Below, one piece after another: positions 38,308-48,370 of a stretch of DNA of 64,000 bases. The stretch's first letter is position 1. Each line of letters starts with the position of its first letter. Origin of the DNA: Acidobacteriota bacterium (lineage in GTDB: Bacteria; Acidobacteriota; UBA6911; JACQSX01). The stretch covers positions 32,001-96,000 of the forward strand of contig DASXQR010000083.1 in assembly GCA_036507075.1 (NCBI GenBank), in the 5' to 3' direction. Made by a program: the position numbers and the translations under genes. A model generated the notes under the pieces. That model was not told where the DNA came from, did no database searches, and worked only from the letters and a program-made list of their open reading frames with translations.

Positions 38308-38811
38308 TCAATTTCGCGTCCACCAAACGTGGGCGAACTTGTTTTCGTGCGAAAACAGGTACACGACGTCGCCCCCGAAGCTCTTCTGAAGCGCTCCTCC
38401 CAGTCGTTGCGCCAGGTGTTCTGTGGTGGTGGCCACTGTCCACCCCAGCGGACCGGAAAGCTTCCAAGACATCACGCGCGCCAGCGGATTATCCTCCGAT
38501 GCCCTCTCTGCTTCATTTCGCAGCAACGTTTCAACTTCTGCACCATGATCGATCAAAAACATGCCCTGGACGTACAACAGTCCCGAAGGTGTTCCCGATT
38601 TCATTTGGTGGCATGCCGGGCAGACGGTTGCTTTCAGTTCCCGGTCCAGGTGCGGCGCGTGCCTCGCGGGGGTCCAGCGCTGAGCTGAGTAGACTGCCTG
38701 GCAGATCCTGCAAATCAGTGGTTCGCTCGGGTGGCGTACTGGTCTGAGCCCTTCCCCATGGTCCACTCGCTTGGTAAAAGTCGTGTTCGTGTATCGCTTG
38801 GCTGCGTTCAT
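38308..38811 (-). CDS. BCAM0308 family protein
   Basis: CRICQAVY..RW, CPAC, NPLARVM, TTEHLAQRLG. Confidence 0.8.
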   Translation of the reverse strand: MNAAKRYTNTTFTKRVDHGEGLRPVRHPSEPLICRICQAVYSAQRWTPARHAPHLDRELKATVCPACHQMKSGTPSGLLYVQGMFLIDHGAEVETLLRNEAERASEDNPLARVMSWKLSGPLGWTVATTTEHLAQRLGGALQKSFGGDVVYLFSHENKFAHVWWTRN

Positions 38812-38853
38812 AGTGTTGATCTCTCCCTGGCTTTTGACCTCCAGTGATTCGGT

Positions 38854-38869
38854 AGCACGAACCGTGCCC
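38854..38869 (-). promoter_or_regulatory. Sigma54 -24/-12 promoter
   Basis: GGGCACGGTTCGTGCT upstream of the BCAM0308-like gene. Confidence 0.6.
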
Positions 38870-38990
38870 TAAGTTTTCAGGTAAAATGTGAGGGAATCCA
38901 GCCGGTCAGTGGGTGTAATCGCGCATCTCTGGTTGGGAATGCGCAAGAACGGAGCGAACCCGCATCAGTTATTGAAGGCGGCTACGTTGT

Positions 38991-39086
38991 TTTCACCGCA
39001 GAGTCGCAGAGTGCGCCGAGGCATCGCAGAGGCGGGATTGCGGACTCTGCGCGGACTCGGCGAATCTCGGCGTCTCGGCGGTGAAA
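38991..39086. repeat. Periodic inverted-repeat element
   Basis: TTTCACCGCAGAGTCGCAGAG ... CTCGGCGTCTCGGCGGTGAAA. Confidence 0.75.
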
Positions 39087-39138
39087 GCAATGTGCCGATT
39101 CAAGCATTCCAGAGATTTCAGACCATGACTCTTAACTC

Positions 39139-39888
39139 TCACGAAGACCGCACCGCAAGAACCAGCATGATGACGATACCGGCGGTGACCCACCAGGCGG
39201 CCTGCCGCGGTCCGCACGACCCGTCGTCCAGGGTTTCAGGCAGTAATTCGGCAAAGACCAGGAAGATCATAGCTCCTGCGGCAAAACCTAGTCCTGCCGG
39301 AAGAAGCGGCTGGAAGAAGGAGACTGCGATTACGGCGGGAACAGCGGCAAGAGGCTGGGGAAAACTGGAGAGCACTGCATAATAAGCGCAACGCGACACG
39401 GAAACTCCTTGCGCCCGAAGCGGGAGCGCGATCGCCATCCCTTCAGGAATATTGTGTACTGCGATGGCCAGGGTAATCAGCAGTCCAAATCCGAGCTCGC
39501 CGGTTGCGTAACTAACACCGATGGCGACTCCCTCCGGAAAACTATGAATCGCCATGGCAACGAAGACCAGGATTCCCTTGCGCGAAGCTTCGGCGCTCAG
39601 CCCGGATATTTTCCAGTGGTGACCCTGGAGGGTTCTTGCGGTAAATGACAGGAAGGCCGCTCCCGCCACGATTCCAACAGCCAGTTCCAAAGGGGATCCG
39701 CGTTTCAGCGCTTCTCCGGAAAGACCGAACACGGAAGCCGAAAGCATCATACCTCCCGCAAGGGCAGCAAAGCGCCCCTGCCACTGAGAGGAAGGATTCC
39801 TGACAAACACAAAGGGAAGAGCTCCCAAGCCGGTTGCCAGGTCGGTCAGGATCGCCGCAATGAGAGTCTGGACGATAAGGTCGTTCAT
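39139..39888 (-). CDS. ZIP family (ZupT/GufA-like) divalent metal transporter
   Basis: HSFPEG and HNIPEG motifs, FAAGAM, ELLPE. Confidence 0.92.
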   Translation of the reverse strand: MNDLIVQTLIAAILTDLATGLGALPFVFVRNPSSQWQGRFAALAGGMMLSASVFGLSGEALKRGSPLELAVGIVAGAAFLSFTARTLQGHHWKISGLSAEASRKGILVFVAMAIHSFPEGVAIGVSYATGELGFGLLITLAIAVHNIPEGMAIALPLRAQGVSVSRCAYYAVLSSFPQPLAAVPAVIAVSFFQPLLPAGLGFAAGAMIFLVFAELLPETLDDGSCGPRQAAWWVTAGIVIMLVLAVRSS

Positions 39889-39966
39889 GGGAGCAGTCCG
39901 TTGGACCTGCGTGGCTCTTCAACACGGCCACATTGAAACCGGACGACGTTGATTCGTTCAACCATT

Positions 39967-40662
39967 TTACGCGACCGTGCCGAACAGGGAGCCGACAGCC
40001 GCCGTCAGCCCCATCGCAAGTGCACCCCAGAATGTCACGCGCACGGCGGCCGGCCTCACACGGGCACCATCGGTGCGAGCAGCCAGCCCTCCCAGGAGCG
40101 CAAGGAACATCAGCGAAGTTGCGGCCACGACAGGGACTAAGTTCACCAGGGGCGTCATGAAAACGGTTAGCAGGGGCATGGCCGCGCCGAGAGCGAATGT
40201 ACCTGCCGAGGCAAGCGCCGCCTGAACCGGCCGTGCATTGAGAGATTCATATATCCCCAGCTCATCGCGCGCGTGGGCGGCAATTGCGTCGTGAGCCATG
40301 AGTTGCTCAGCAACCTGTTTCGCGAGGGGCGGATCAAGGCCGCGATCGACGTAGATTGCTGCCAATTCCTCTCGCTCGTTCTCCTCGTCAGCATCGAGTT
40401 CCCTACGCTCTCGCTCGAGGTCGGCGTGTTCGGTGTCTGCCTGTGAGGAAACCGACACATACTCGCCTGCAGCCATGGACATTGCTCCAGCGACTAGACC
40501 TGCAACCCCGGCGACCAATACTTCACCACGAGTCGCATGAGCGGCCGCGACACCGACCACCAGGCTCGCAGTCGACACAATACCGTCGTTTGCACCCAGC
40601 ACCGCGGCCCGGAGCCAACCGATACGTTCTGTGCGGTGTTTCTCCTGGTGGTGTCTAAGCAT
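39967..40662 (-). CDS. VIT1/CCC1 family Fe/Mn transporter
   Basis: LRAAVLGANDG, SMAAGEYVSVSSQ, HARDELG. Confidence 0.93.
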   Translation of the reverse strand: MLRHHQEKHRTERIGWLRAAVLGANDGIVSTASLVVGVAAAHATRGEVLVAGVAGLVAGAMSMAAGEYVSVSSQADTEHADLERERRELDADEENEREELAAIYVDRGLDPPLAKQVAEQLMAHDAIAAHARDELGIYESLNARPVQAALASAGTFALGAAMPLLTVFMTPLVNLVPVVAATSLMFLALLGGLAARTDGARVRPAAVRVTFWGALAMGLTAAVGSLFGTVA

Positions 40663-40840
40663 TCTGTTTCTCCCGTGCGCAAATCCCGCAGATGATTCGA
40701 TCACCGCCCCCAAGAATGCGGTAGCAGATTCCGCTCCTGATTTCAATGACGTGTCGAGGAAACGGATCGTCTTTGAGTTGTCGACGGGTGTCTTCGGATG
40801 CGCAGAATACCTCCATCCAGCGAAACTCACCTGGCAATGA

Positions 40841-40855
40841 GCAACTTGCATACCA
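40841..40855 (-). promoter_or_regulatory. Sigma54 -24/-12 promoter
   Basis: TGGTATGCAAGTTGC upstream of VIT1. Confidence 0.65.
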
Positions 40856-40882
40856 AGCCGTCCGGAAGGAATGTCGGAAATG

Positions 40883-40897
40883 TGGAACACCAGTTGC
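40883..40897 (+). promoter_or_regulatory. Sigma54 -24/-12 promoter
   Basis: TGGAACACCAGTTGC upstream of the 40928 gene. Confidence 0.65.
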
Positions 40898-40927
40898 TTC
40901 AGATATGGATGAAAAGGGAGGTGGCTA

Positions 40928-41296
40928 ATGTTGAACCCTCAAGAAATCGAAGAACTGAATAATCGGCTACATCAGGCAGTGTGTAACATCTGTACCGACC
41001 ACAAGCCGGACGGAAGTTGCTGCTATCCCGACAGATCCAAGTCTCCCCTGTTTGCTCACGTTGAAAGGCTCGTTGATTTGGCACGCGAAGTTCACAGCGA
41101 CCGGATGAAGCCGTACGTGGAGCGGCTCCGCAGCGACGTCTGTACGGTCTGTAATGCGCCGCGCTGGCGCGGTAACTGTCAAGTGACCAGTGAAGGCCTC
41201 TGCGCTGTGGATGCCTATCTCCCGGTGATCATCGAAGAGATTGAGGCATTTCTTGCCGAGAAAGGCAAAAAAGAGAGTCAGGGCTCCAGTGGGTGA
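40928..41296 (+). CDS. Small Cys-rich protein with two internal VCxxC-containing repeats
   Basis: GGAGG RBS; AVCNIC...GSC and DVCTVC...GNC. Confidence 0.75.
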   Translation: MLNPQEIEELNNRLHQAVCNICTDHKPDGSCCYPDRSKSPLFAHVERLVDLAREVHSDRMKPYVERLRSDVCTVCNAPRWRGNCQVTSEGLCAVDAYLPVIIEEIEAFLAEKGKKESQGSSG

Positions 41297-41645
41297 TATT
41301 ACCCACAACGCTGGGTGGGAAACACCAGGAAGAGAAGCTTGGCAGGAGGCAATTTTGGTTTTATGAATCCAGCAACACTGATCGTCATTCACATCGTCGG
41401 CATATTGGGAATTTTCATTCTCGGTTACATGGTCGGCTCGCGGGATAGTTGAAGAAAATCGAAAAGCTTGAACCGCGAAGCCGCCGCGCGCGTCAGCAAG
41501 CGGACACTCGATGTGACACTTCAAATCAACGCGCAATGACCTGTCCTCCACTTTCAGACAAAACTGAAATTTATTTCATTGAGTGGTATTTGCTAGCTGG
41601 GAGTGTCCGCTTGCTCACGCGCGCGGCTCGGCTGGCGGCTGCGAT

Positions 41646-41691
41646 CCCTTCCTTCCCCTTCATAACCCTTCCTTCCCCTTCATAACCCTTC
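41646..41691. repeat. 20-bp pyrimidine-rich tandem repeat
   Basis: CCCTTCCTTCCCCTTCATAA about 2.3 copies. Confidence 0.7.
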
Positions 41692-41719
41692 TTCCCACCA
41701 CCTAATCCTTCCTTCCTCT

Positions 41720-43090
41720 TTAATCCGGAATCTTGTACTTCCTAACCTTATATCTCAGCGTGTCGCGCGAGATGTGGAGCAGTTTGGCTGCGTTTGTCTT
41801 GTTGCCTCGTGCCATCTGCAGCGACTGCTGGATGAGCCGCTTTTCCACATCGTATAGAGAGGCGCCGCCCGGCGGAAGGCGCCACTCCCCATCCCCTTCT
41901 TCGCCCAGCGGGGCGTTGGCCAAAACGCGGATCGGAAACTGTTCTACATCGAGCTGGTCAGAGTCGGCCAGTATCATGGCGCGCTCGACTGCGTTCTTCA
42001 GTTCGCGAACATTCCCCGGCCAAGAGTACTCGGCCAGTATTTTCTCGGCGCTTCGGGTGAGACCCCGGATCGATTTCTTGAAGGTGCTATTGTAGTGAGC
42101 GATGAAGTGCTTTAAAAGCACAGGTATGTCTTCTTTGCGCTCGCGCAGCGGCGGCAGGCGAATCGGGACAATCGAAAGCCGGTAAAAGAGGTCTTCCCGA
42201 AACGCCTTCTTTCTTACCATCGATTCCAGTTCTCTGTTGGAAGCGGCGACGACGCGCACGTCAATAGGGATGTCCTTGACCCCTCCGATGCGGCGCAGCG
42301 ATCGATCTTCCAGGATCCGCAGCAGTTTTGACTGCAGATGAAGCGGGAGTTCTCCGATTTCATCCAGGAAAATCGTGCCGCCATCCGCCAGCTCGAACAG
42401 TCCCTTCTTGCTGGCTCGGGCGTCGGTGAAGGCTCCCTTCTCATGCCCGAACAGCTCGCTTTCCATCAGCGTCTCGGGAAGGGCCGCGCAGTTTTGAATC
42501 ACCAGCGGGTTGGAGGCGCGGCGGCTGTGATAATGCAATGCCCTGGCGGCAAGATCTTTTCCCGTTCCGCTCTCTCCCTCAATCAGAAGGGTGTGGGTCT
42601 CGCTTGCCGCCAGCTTCCTGATCAAATCTTTGGCCTTGCGAATCTCGGGTGAGTTACCGACGATGTTCTCAATCGAGTATTCCGACTTGATCTCCGAGGT
42701 GACGCGGCCTACCGCCGCTCTCAGGTGCTGCGCTTCGAGCGCGTTCTTCAGTGTGTTCTCGAGCCGCTCGAAGTTGATCGGTTTCTCCAGGAAATCAAAA
42801 GCTCCGAGCTGCAAGGCGCGCACGGCGTCCTCGACGGAACCATGCCCGGTAATCATCACAACGGGGAGGTCGGGCCACTGTTTTTTGATCTTGATGAGCA
42901 ATTCCAGGCCGCGCAGGTCAGGCAGGCGCATATCCAGTGTGAGACCATCGACGGGTTGTGCTTCCAAAGTCTGCAGAGCCGCAACGCCGCTTTCCGCCTC
43001 CAAAACGCCATAGCTCCACGATTCCAGTTTCTGCCGGAGCGACCAGCGCAAGAGCCGCTCGTCGTCAACAATCAATATTGTCTTTGCCAT
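41720..43090 (-). CDS. Sigma54-dependent response regulator (NtrC/AtoC/ZraR family)
   Basis: Receiver domain, [28 protein letters not shown], Fis-type HTH. Confidence 0.96.
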   Translation of the reverse strand: MAKTILIVDDERLLRWSLRQKLESWSYGVLEAESGVAALQTLEAQPVDGLTLDMRLPDLRGLELLIKIKKQWPDLPVVMITGHGSVEDAVRALQLGAFDFLEKPINFERLENTLKNALEAQHLRAAVGRVTSEIKSEYSIENIVGNSPEIRKAKDLIRKLAASETHTLLIEGESGTGKDLAARALHYHSRRASNPLVIQNCAALPETLMESELFGHEKGAFTDARASKKGLFELADGGTIFLDEIGELPLHLQSKLLRILEDRSLRRIGGVKDIPIDVRVVAASNRELESMVRKKAFREDLFYRLSIVPIRLPPLRERKEDIPVLLKHFIAHYNSTFKKSIRGLTRSAEKILAEYSWPGNVRELKNAVERAMILADSDQLDVEQFPIRVLANAPLGEEGDGEWRLPPGGASLYDVEKRLIQQSLQMARGNKTNAAKLLHISRDTLRYKVRKYKIPD

Positions 43091-43094
43091 TGGC

Positions 43095-43772
43095 TTATCC
43101 CTTGACCAGAGTGATTTCAAATCCCTTCCGGCCGGGTAGCACTCGAATCGAGCCCTTCATAGCTGCCAGCCGGCGCGCCACAATGCACAAACCCAACCCG
43201 GCCCGGCCTGAAACGGTTGAGAAGAAGGGCCGGAACAGGTTTGAAACAACCTCTGGTTCCATCACGCGCCTTTTGTTCCGAATCTCTATTTGTACCTTAT
43301 TCCCTCCAGAGTTGACTCGTAACTGCACGGGTCCTCCACCATGCTCGACGCCGTTTTGCAGCAGCTCGAAAAGCACAGATTGCAACATTGCAGCGTCGCA
43401 TCGGAGCTGCAGAGATGCAGGAAGGCGCGACACTCGAATATTTTCTGCGCCATCGGGAAGCATTTCGCGGACCGCGTCCACCACAACGTCCAAGAAAACC
43501 GGTTCCATGTTAGGTGCCGGCTCAGTCGTAAAATCGAGAAACTGTTGCAAGACGCGGTCCACTTTCCGGATCTCCGCATCTATCTCGAAAGTGATCTCTC
43601 GGCCTTCGTTCGAGAAGTGTTCGGTATCCCGGAGCACTTCGACGGCCGCCTTGACTGCCGCAAGCGGACTGCGAATCTCATGAGCCAGTCCTGCTGCCAT
43701 TTCTCGGTCCACCAGCCGGGATTTGCGTGTTCTCTTCCTTCCAGCGGATAACGGGTCGACCCGTCCTCTCAT
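43095..43772 (-). CDS. Sensor-less histidine kinase (HisKA + degenerate HATPase)
   Basis: LAHEIRSPL, ELLQNG, LFRPFFST, GLGL; in-frame stop 4 codons upstream of ATG. Confidence 0.75.
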   Translation of the reverse strand: MRGRVDPLSAGRKRTRKSRLVDREMAAGLAHEIRSPLAAVKAAVEVLRDTEHFSNEGREITFEIDAEIRKVDRVLQQFLDFTTEPAPNMEPVFLDVVVDAVREMLPDGAENIRVSRLPASLQLRCDAAMLQSVLFELLQNGVEHGGGPVQLRVNSGGNKVQIEIRNKRRVMEPEVVSNLFRPFFSTVSGRAGLGLCIVARRLAAMKGSIRVLPGRKGFEITLVKG

Positions 43773-43864
43773 CGGCCCATCTTAACAACTCCGGCGGCGG
43801 CTCCTGTACGTTTTTGGGTGTTTTGAACGATGCGCAGTCCTCCCCGCAGCGAACATCACCTAAC

Positions 43865-44012
43865 TCAGTACCGCGGGCGTCAGCCTGCGCCAGGAGGACG
43901 AAACTATCTCCGCCAACGTCAGAACCGCGGGCGTCAGCCCGCGTCGAAACGCAAGAAATCTGAACCAATTTTATCTTGATGATTAAGCGCGGGCTGACAC
44001 CGGCGGTACTGA
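43865..44012. repeat. REP-like 20-mers (two direct copies, one inverted)
   Basis: TCAGWACCGCGGGCGTCAGC at 43865 and 43919; GCTGACACCGGCGGTACTGA at 43993. Confidence 0.7.
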
Positions 44013-44050
44013 CTTGGGTAAATACCGCTAAGTGTTAGAATCGCATCCGC

Positions 44051-45295
44051 ATGAACACGGAAATGGTGACTTTTTACGAAATCAAGAACTACCTCCATTT
44101 CTCTGAGCTGGATATTGACACCCTTAAACAGCTCGGTCCCATGTTCCGTCCGCATTTGAAGGAAATGGCAGATCGTTTTTATGCGGAGATTCCTGACCAT
44201 CCGGATGCCTATAAGGTATTCAGCGGTCCTGCGCAAATTGAAAGGCTGAAGGAATCGCTGCAGGTGTGGGGCGCCGGTTTGTTCTCCGGAGATTACGGCG
44301 AGGATTACGCGCGGCAACGCTATCAGATCGGCTATACGCACGTGCGCATCCAGCTTGCGCAAAAATATGTCATCAGCGCCATGGCAGTAGTGCGCGAGTT
44401 CCTGCATGAAAAAATAAACGAGCAGGTCGATGACGCGCTCCTTCGCATGCAAGCTCATATCAGTATCGACAAAGTTCTGGATCTGGATCTGAACCTGATG
44501 TGCGAGGCCTACTTCGCAGCCAGCCTGCAGGCGCTGACCGATATCAACCGTCGGCTGGAAGAAATGAATCAGAAGCTGCGTGAATCCAGCCAGGTGAAAA
44601 GTGAATTCCTGGCCAGGACATCGCACGAATTGCGTACCCCTCTAAGCTCGATACTCGGTTTTATCCGGCTTGTGCTGGACGGCCTTTGTGAGACACGGGA
44701 AGAGGAAATGGATTTGCTTAACGATGCGTTTCAAGCCGCCGAGCATCTGCTTTCCATTGTCAACGACTTGCTGGACGTGGCGCGCATTGAAGCCGGCAAG
44801 CTGCAGGTTCAGGGCAGGCCTGTGGACCTTCGACCCATCCTGGACCAGGTTATTTCGCTGACTGCATTGCAGGCCCAGCAGAAAGGCATCAAGTTGTTAG
44901 ATGAAACGCACGATAAAGACCTGCCAAGAGTCTGGGCCGATCCGGAACGCTTGAAACAGGTAATCATCAACATTGTCGGAAATGCAGTTAAATTTACAGA
45001 CTATGGCTATGTAACCGTGCGTGCTCGATCGGATGATTCCTTCGTGCGTTTTGAAGTGATTGATACAGGGATTGGCATCGAAAGAGAGAGGCAGAGGGAG
45101 CTGTTCGAAAAATTCAAGCAGGTCGACAGTTCGCTGACACGCAGGCACGGCGGGAGCGGGTTGGGACTGGCCATCAGCAAGCATTTGATAGAAACAATGG
45201 GCGGAGCGATCGAATTGTATAGCGAGGGCTTAGGCCGCGGGACCCACCTGCACTTCACCGTTCCTGTTTGGCGAGAGCCTTCGGATGACAAATGA
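44051..45295 (+). CDS. Globin-coupled (protoglobin) sensor histidine kinase
   Basis: N-terminal globin (DRFY, IGYTHVRI), SHELRTPL, GNAVKFT, DTGIG, GSGLGL. Confidence 0.92.
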   Translation: MNTEMVTFYEIKNYLHFSELDIDTLKQLGPMFRPHLKEMADRFYAEIPDHPDAYKVFSGPAQIERLKESLQVWGAGLFSGDYGEDYARQRYQIGYTHVRIQLAQKYVISAMAVVREFLHEKINEQVDDALLRMQAHISIDKVLDLDLNLMCEAYFAASLQALTDINRRLEEMNQKLRESSQVKSEFLARTSHELRTPLSSILGFIRLVLDGLCETREEEMDLLNDAFQAAEHLLSIVNDLLDVARIEAGKLQVQGRPVDLRPILDQVISLTALQAQQKGIKLLDETHDKDLPRVWADPERLKQVIINIVGNAVKFTDYGYVTVRARSDDSFVRFEVIDTGIGIERERQRELFEKFKQVDSSLTRRHGGSGLGLAISKHLIETMGGAIELYSEGLGRGTHLHFTVPVWREPSDDK

Positions 45296-45702
45296 AAACA
45301 GTGCTGGTAGTCGAAGACAACCCGCTGATCCTGAAGTTCTATCGCATGGCTCTGGAGCGTCAGGGTGGATTTAGAGTGCGCACCACCGAGAATGTAAACG
45401 AGATAGTTACCCTGGCGCGGTCCAAGAGTGTGGACGCCGTGATTCTGGACATCTCGCTTTCCAATGCCGAGTATCAGGGTAAGAAAATCGATGGCATCCA
45501 AATCGCGAGGATCTTACGCGAGGATCCCGCGTCTGCTGATATTCCGATCCTGGTGATTACTGCGCATGCGATGGAAGGAGACCGCGAGCGCATTATTCTG
45601 GCCACCGGCGCCGACGATTATCTGCAGAAGCCGATCTACGACACACAGAAACTGGTGGCGAAAATCAATGAGTTGATCCGTTCGCGCAACGAGCAGCCTT
45701 AA
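45292..45702 (+). CDS. Single-domain response regulator
   Basis: VLVVEDN, ILDISL, ITAHAM, YLQKP. Confidence 0.93.
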   Translation: MKTVLVVEDNPLILKFYRMALERQGGFRVRTTENVNEIVTLARSKSVDAVILDISLSNAEYQGKKIDGIQIARILREDPASADIPILVITAHAMEGDRERIILATGADDYLQKPIYDTQKLVAKINELIRSRNEQP

Positions 45703-45902
45703 AGCACTCCACGCGAGTGTAAATCAAGGATGACGTAGGCAAGGTACAACACAAGCCCGGCGATGCCGCAAGTCAGGCCAAGTCCCAGGAACAGCGTGAC
45801 GGTGCGTGGCGTGAACCAGATCAGGGACACAACCATGGTGGCCAGGGCGATCGTGATCAGGATGGCTGAGATTTGCAAGGTAACGGCAGTTAAGGTTTTC
45901 AT
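45699..45902 (-). CDS. Small two-TM membrane protein
   Basis: Two hydrophobic helices; start overlaps stop of the tetraheme gene. Confidence 0.7.
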   Translation of the reverse strand: MKTLTAVTLQISAILITIALATMVVSLIWFTPRTVTLFLGLGLTCGIAGLVLYLAYVILDLHSRGVL

Positions 45903-46492
45903 CGGTTCTGCGCCTGTTTTTGCTCTGGATGCACCGGTCCGTGACATTGCAGGCAGTCGGTCTCTTTAGCGGCAATCTGCTTTTGCAGATCTGCGTCATG
46001 TTTCTCCAGAAAACGTCGAGATTCTCCGTGGCAGTGGAGGCAATTCTGGAAATTGTAGGTCCCGCGTAACTTAATGGGGAGCCCGTAAGTGCCGGTTTCG
46101 TACTTCCAAACATGCCGAATCCCCGCCATTTTCGCTTTCACGGGACCGAATACTGTGTAATCGGTATGGCACGAGTAGCACTGATTTTCGAGAATGAACC
46201 GATTCTGATAGTGCCTGGAAGCCAGCGTTTCGCTTTTGGGGTTTTTCAGGTCATTAATAAACGGCCCCATTACATGACATGAACCGCAGAACTCCGGGCT
46301 CTTGGCGTTCTCCATTGTCGTATGTGCGCCCAGCCACAGTGACAGTGTAGGAAACACCGCAACTCCAAATAGAAGAAGCCAGTGTCGCTCGGGCGAATTG
46401 GGCCTTTTTGCCACTCGCACCATCCCCACCAGAATCGCCAGCGAGACCAAGCCCACTACCAGAGAGATGGAATGCAGGTTGAGAGTAGTCAT
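45899..46492 (-). CDS. NapC/NirT family membrane-anchored tetraheme cytochrome c
   Basis: Two N-terminal TMs, PEFCGSCHVM, CYSCH, CLHCH, CLQCH. Confidence 0.88.
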   Translation of the reverse strand: MTTLNLHSISLVVGLVSLAILVGMVRVAKRPNSPERHWLLLFGVAVFPTLSLWLGAHTTMENAKSPEFCGSCHVMGPFINDLKNPKSETLASRHYQNRFILENQCYSCHTDYTVFGPVKAKMAGIRHVWKYETGTYGLPIKLRGTYNFQNCLHCHGESRRFLEKHDADLQKQIAAKETDCLQCHGPVHPEQKQAQNR

Positions 46493-46969
46493 AAGGAAAT
46501 GGCAGCAGTTTTCGGACCAGATTCTCACTGGCACTCGGTCTTTATTCGAAACGGCGGAGTTACTCGGCGGTTCTACCTGCTTCACAATCTGACGTCTGGG
46601 ATGATTATCTTCAGTTTCCCATTGCTGGCCAACGGTTAATGTAGTCTCTGGTCAGGGTTTCTTCACTACAGCGAAAAACTTCGCGCGCTCATGGGGCCAA
46701 TCGGGCACGGTCGCATGCGTTGGCCGCCGCGTTCTCCCGAGCGGGTCTTTTCGCGCAGAGTCTGGGTGAATTGCCAAAATGGACGGCTGTCAGGATTCAC
46801 TTTTCTGAAAGCTTTGGCCCCCTTGCCGGCTGGGCCGAGTGCCGAATTGCGAGTTTAGGTGCTTCCACACTCGTCGAGCACTGGCCGCCCATGGCTTCTA
46901 TCGCCCTCTGCGTTTTCCGCAATGCGCAATTACTCCCACTGGTGTGAGAAAACACGCGGTTTTTTTTGA

Positions 46970-46984
46970 GCTAAAAAAGTGCCA
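46970..46984 (-). promoter_or_regulatory. Possible sigma54 promoter toward the NapC/NirT gene
   Basis: TGGCACTTTTTTAGC. Confidence 0.45.
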
Positions 46985-47072
46985 GGCACCACCCACAATT
47001 TCCCGGTGCCGATGATGATCTGTTTTCAGTCAGTTAGTCAGCCCGGGCGGAGGTCGATTCTGTGGTCGCTTC

Positions 47073-47087
47073 TGGCACATGAGTTGC
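47073..47087 (+). promoter_or_regulatory. Sigma54 -24/-12 promoter (consensus-like)
   Basis: TGGCACATGAGTTGC. Confidence 0.7.
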
Positions 47088-47464
47088 TCTCTAAAAAGTG
47101 GCTAGTGAATCTGCTTCACAGCAGAGGCGTAATGAACGCAAAGTTTCCGCTGAGCTTGCGATGGAAACTCTGCGGAAACTCTGCGCTCTTCACACGTGAA
47201 GGACATGTGCACCTCTGAGGCCGCTTCCAGCGGCCTTTCCCGCAGGGGTTTCAGCCCCGGCCTTCCCAGGCCGGGGGTTAAACGCGACCTAAAATTATCC
47301 GAGGCCGTTTTAACGGCCTTTTTCCTTCTGTCCGCCGGCCTTGAGGCCGGCCGACTGCTCCGTCGGATCCTGGGTGCATTCCAATCTACGGATCAAAGTG
47401 CCTTGAGCATGGTGTTCTTTTTTCCTCCGGATGTAGTCACAAACAACAGATTGATCCATAGAAT

Positions 47465-47633
47465 CTGCAGCGGCGTGAAGCTGGTTTCCCGCATTTCGGA
47501 CGAATCTATGACCTGAAAAAGGTCCTGAAATCACTTCCTCGACCGGTGCTTATTGGCCCCGCTGCGTTAGGCGGGTTTTCTTGAGCGTTAAGTGCGCCTT
47601 TTCATCCATCCTGAAGGCAAATTACGCGCGTTG
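47465..47633 (+). repeat. Degenerate direct repeat, copy 1 (pairs with 49608-49776)
   Basis: Shared blocks such as CTTATTGGCCCCGCTG and AGTGCGCCTTTTCA. Confidence 0.8.
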
Positions 47634-48112
47634 GGACTGCAACATCAGCACCACCAAGGACCAGAAGCATGGATCCGATGTCGACCCGTTGAAAGCGGCG
47701 ACAGTCCTGGCGAGGACTGCCATGACTTCAGACGTAAAGCCGGAAACCCTCGAGGCGCAGATCAGAGCCGAAATTGCCAATTAATTTGAATTGCCGGCGG
47801 GGCGGCGACGAGTAACGAGACAGAGTCGATCTCCCCTTGATTCGTATCAGCTGACGGAACGCTCGGAGAAATATGACCGGCTTTCCCAACGAATGTTCTT
47901 CTGATAAAGTTGATGATCATGATGCCTTCTTGTGTTGCTTGGCGTAAGAAACATCTAGGCCTTAGCGCTGAGAACACGGACCCTCCTTCGGCCGAACCGA
48001 CGCCTTTTTAGTCTCCTTTTACTTTCAGCTTTAGTTGAACTTATTTCTGGCGCAGCAGCCGTTTTCCAGTCTCATACCCGGCCGAGGTGCCTGGAGAGTT
48101 GTGGAGGATTCC

Positions 48113-48211
48113 GTGGATCTAGCAACGATAATTGTGATCGTTCTTGGCGTTGCCTTTCTTTGCTTTGTGTTTTGGCTCGCGACTGTGAGCAGGAGGGATC
48201 CGAAGCAATAA
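48113..48211 (+). CDS. 32-aa single-pass membrane protein (below ORF-track cutoff)
   Basis: GGAGG RBS, GTG start, MDLATIIVIVLGVAFLCFVFWLATVSRRDPKQ. Confidence 0.6.
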   Translation: MDLATIIVIVLGVAFLCFVFWLATVSRRDPKQ

Positions 48212-48370
48212 GGAATAAAGCGAGAACACTCCGGCAGTATCTGTGAGAAAACTCAAGAGGGACCAGCCTGCTATGACCTGTCAGCCTGATCCCCGAGGTT
48301 GGTGAATGTTTACGTTTATCGAAGAGCAGGGAAAAGAGGCACACTGCAATCGTCCCCAAAGTATCAAAAA

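Noticed and set aside
38308..38811. c-type cytochrome based on CPACH
   Set aside because: There is no signal peptide; the paired CxxC motifs fit a cytoplasmic zinc-ribbon BCAM0308-type protein.
39949..39962. FNR box TTGATTCGTTCAA
   Set aside because: The spacer is one base short and the right half-site is imperfect.
47790..48370. nhaA-associated Li+/Na+ riboswitch
   Set aside because: I could not match a consensus structure by eye; an Rfam/Infernal search would be needed.
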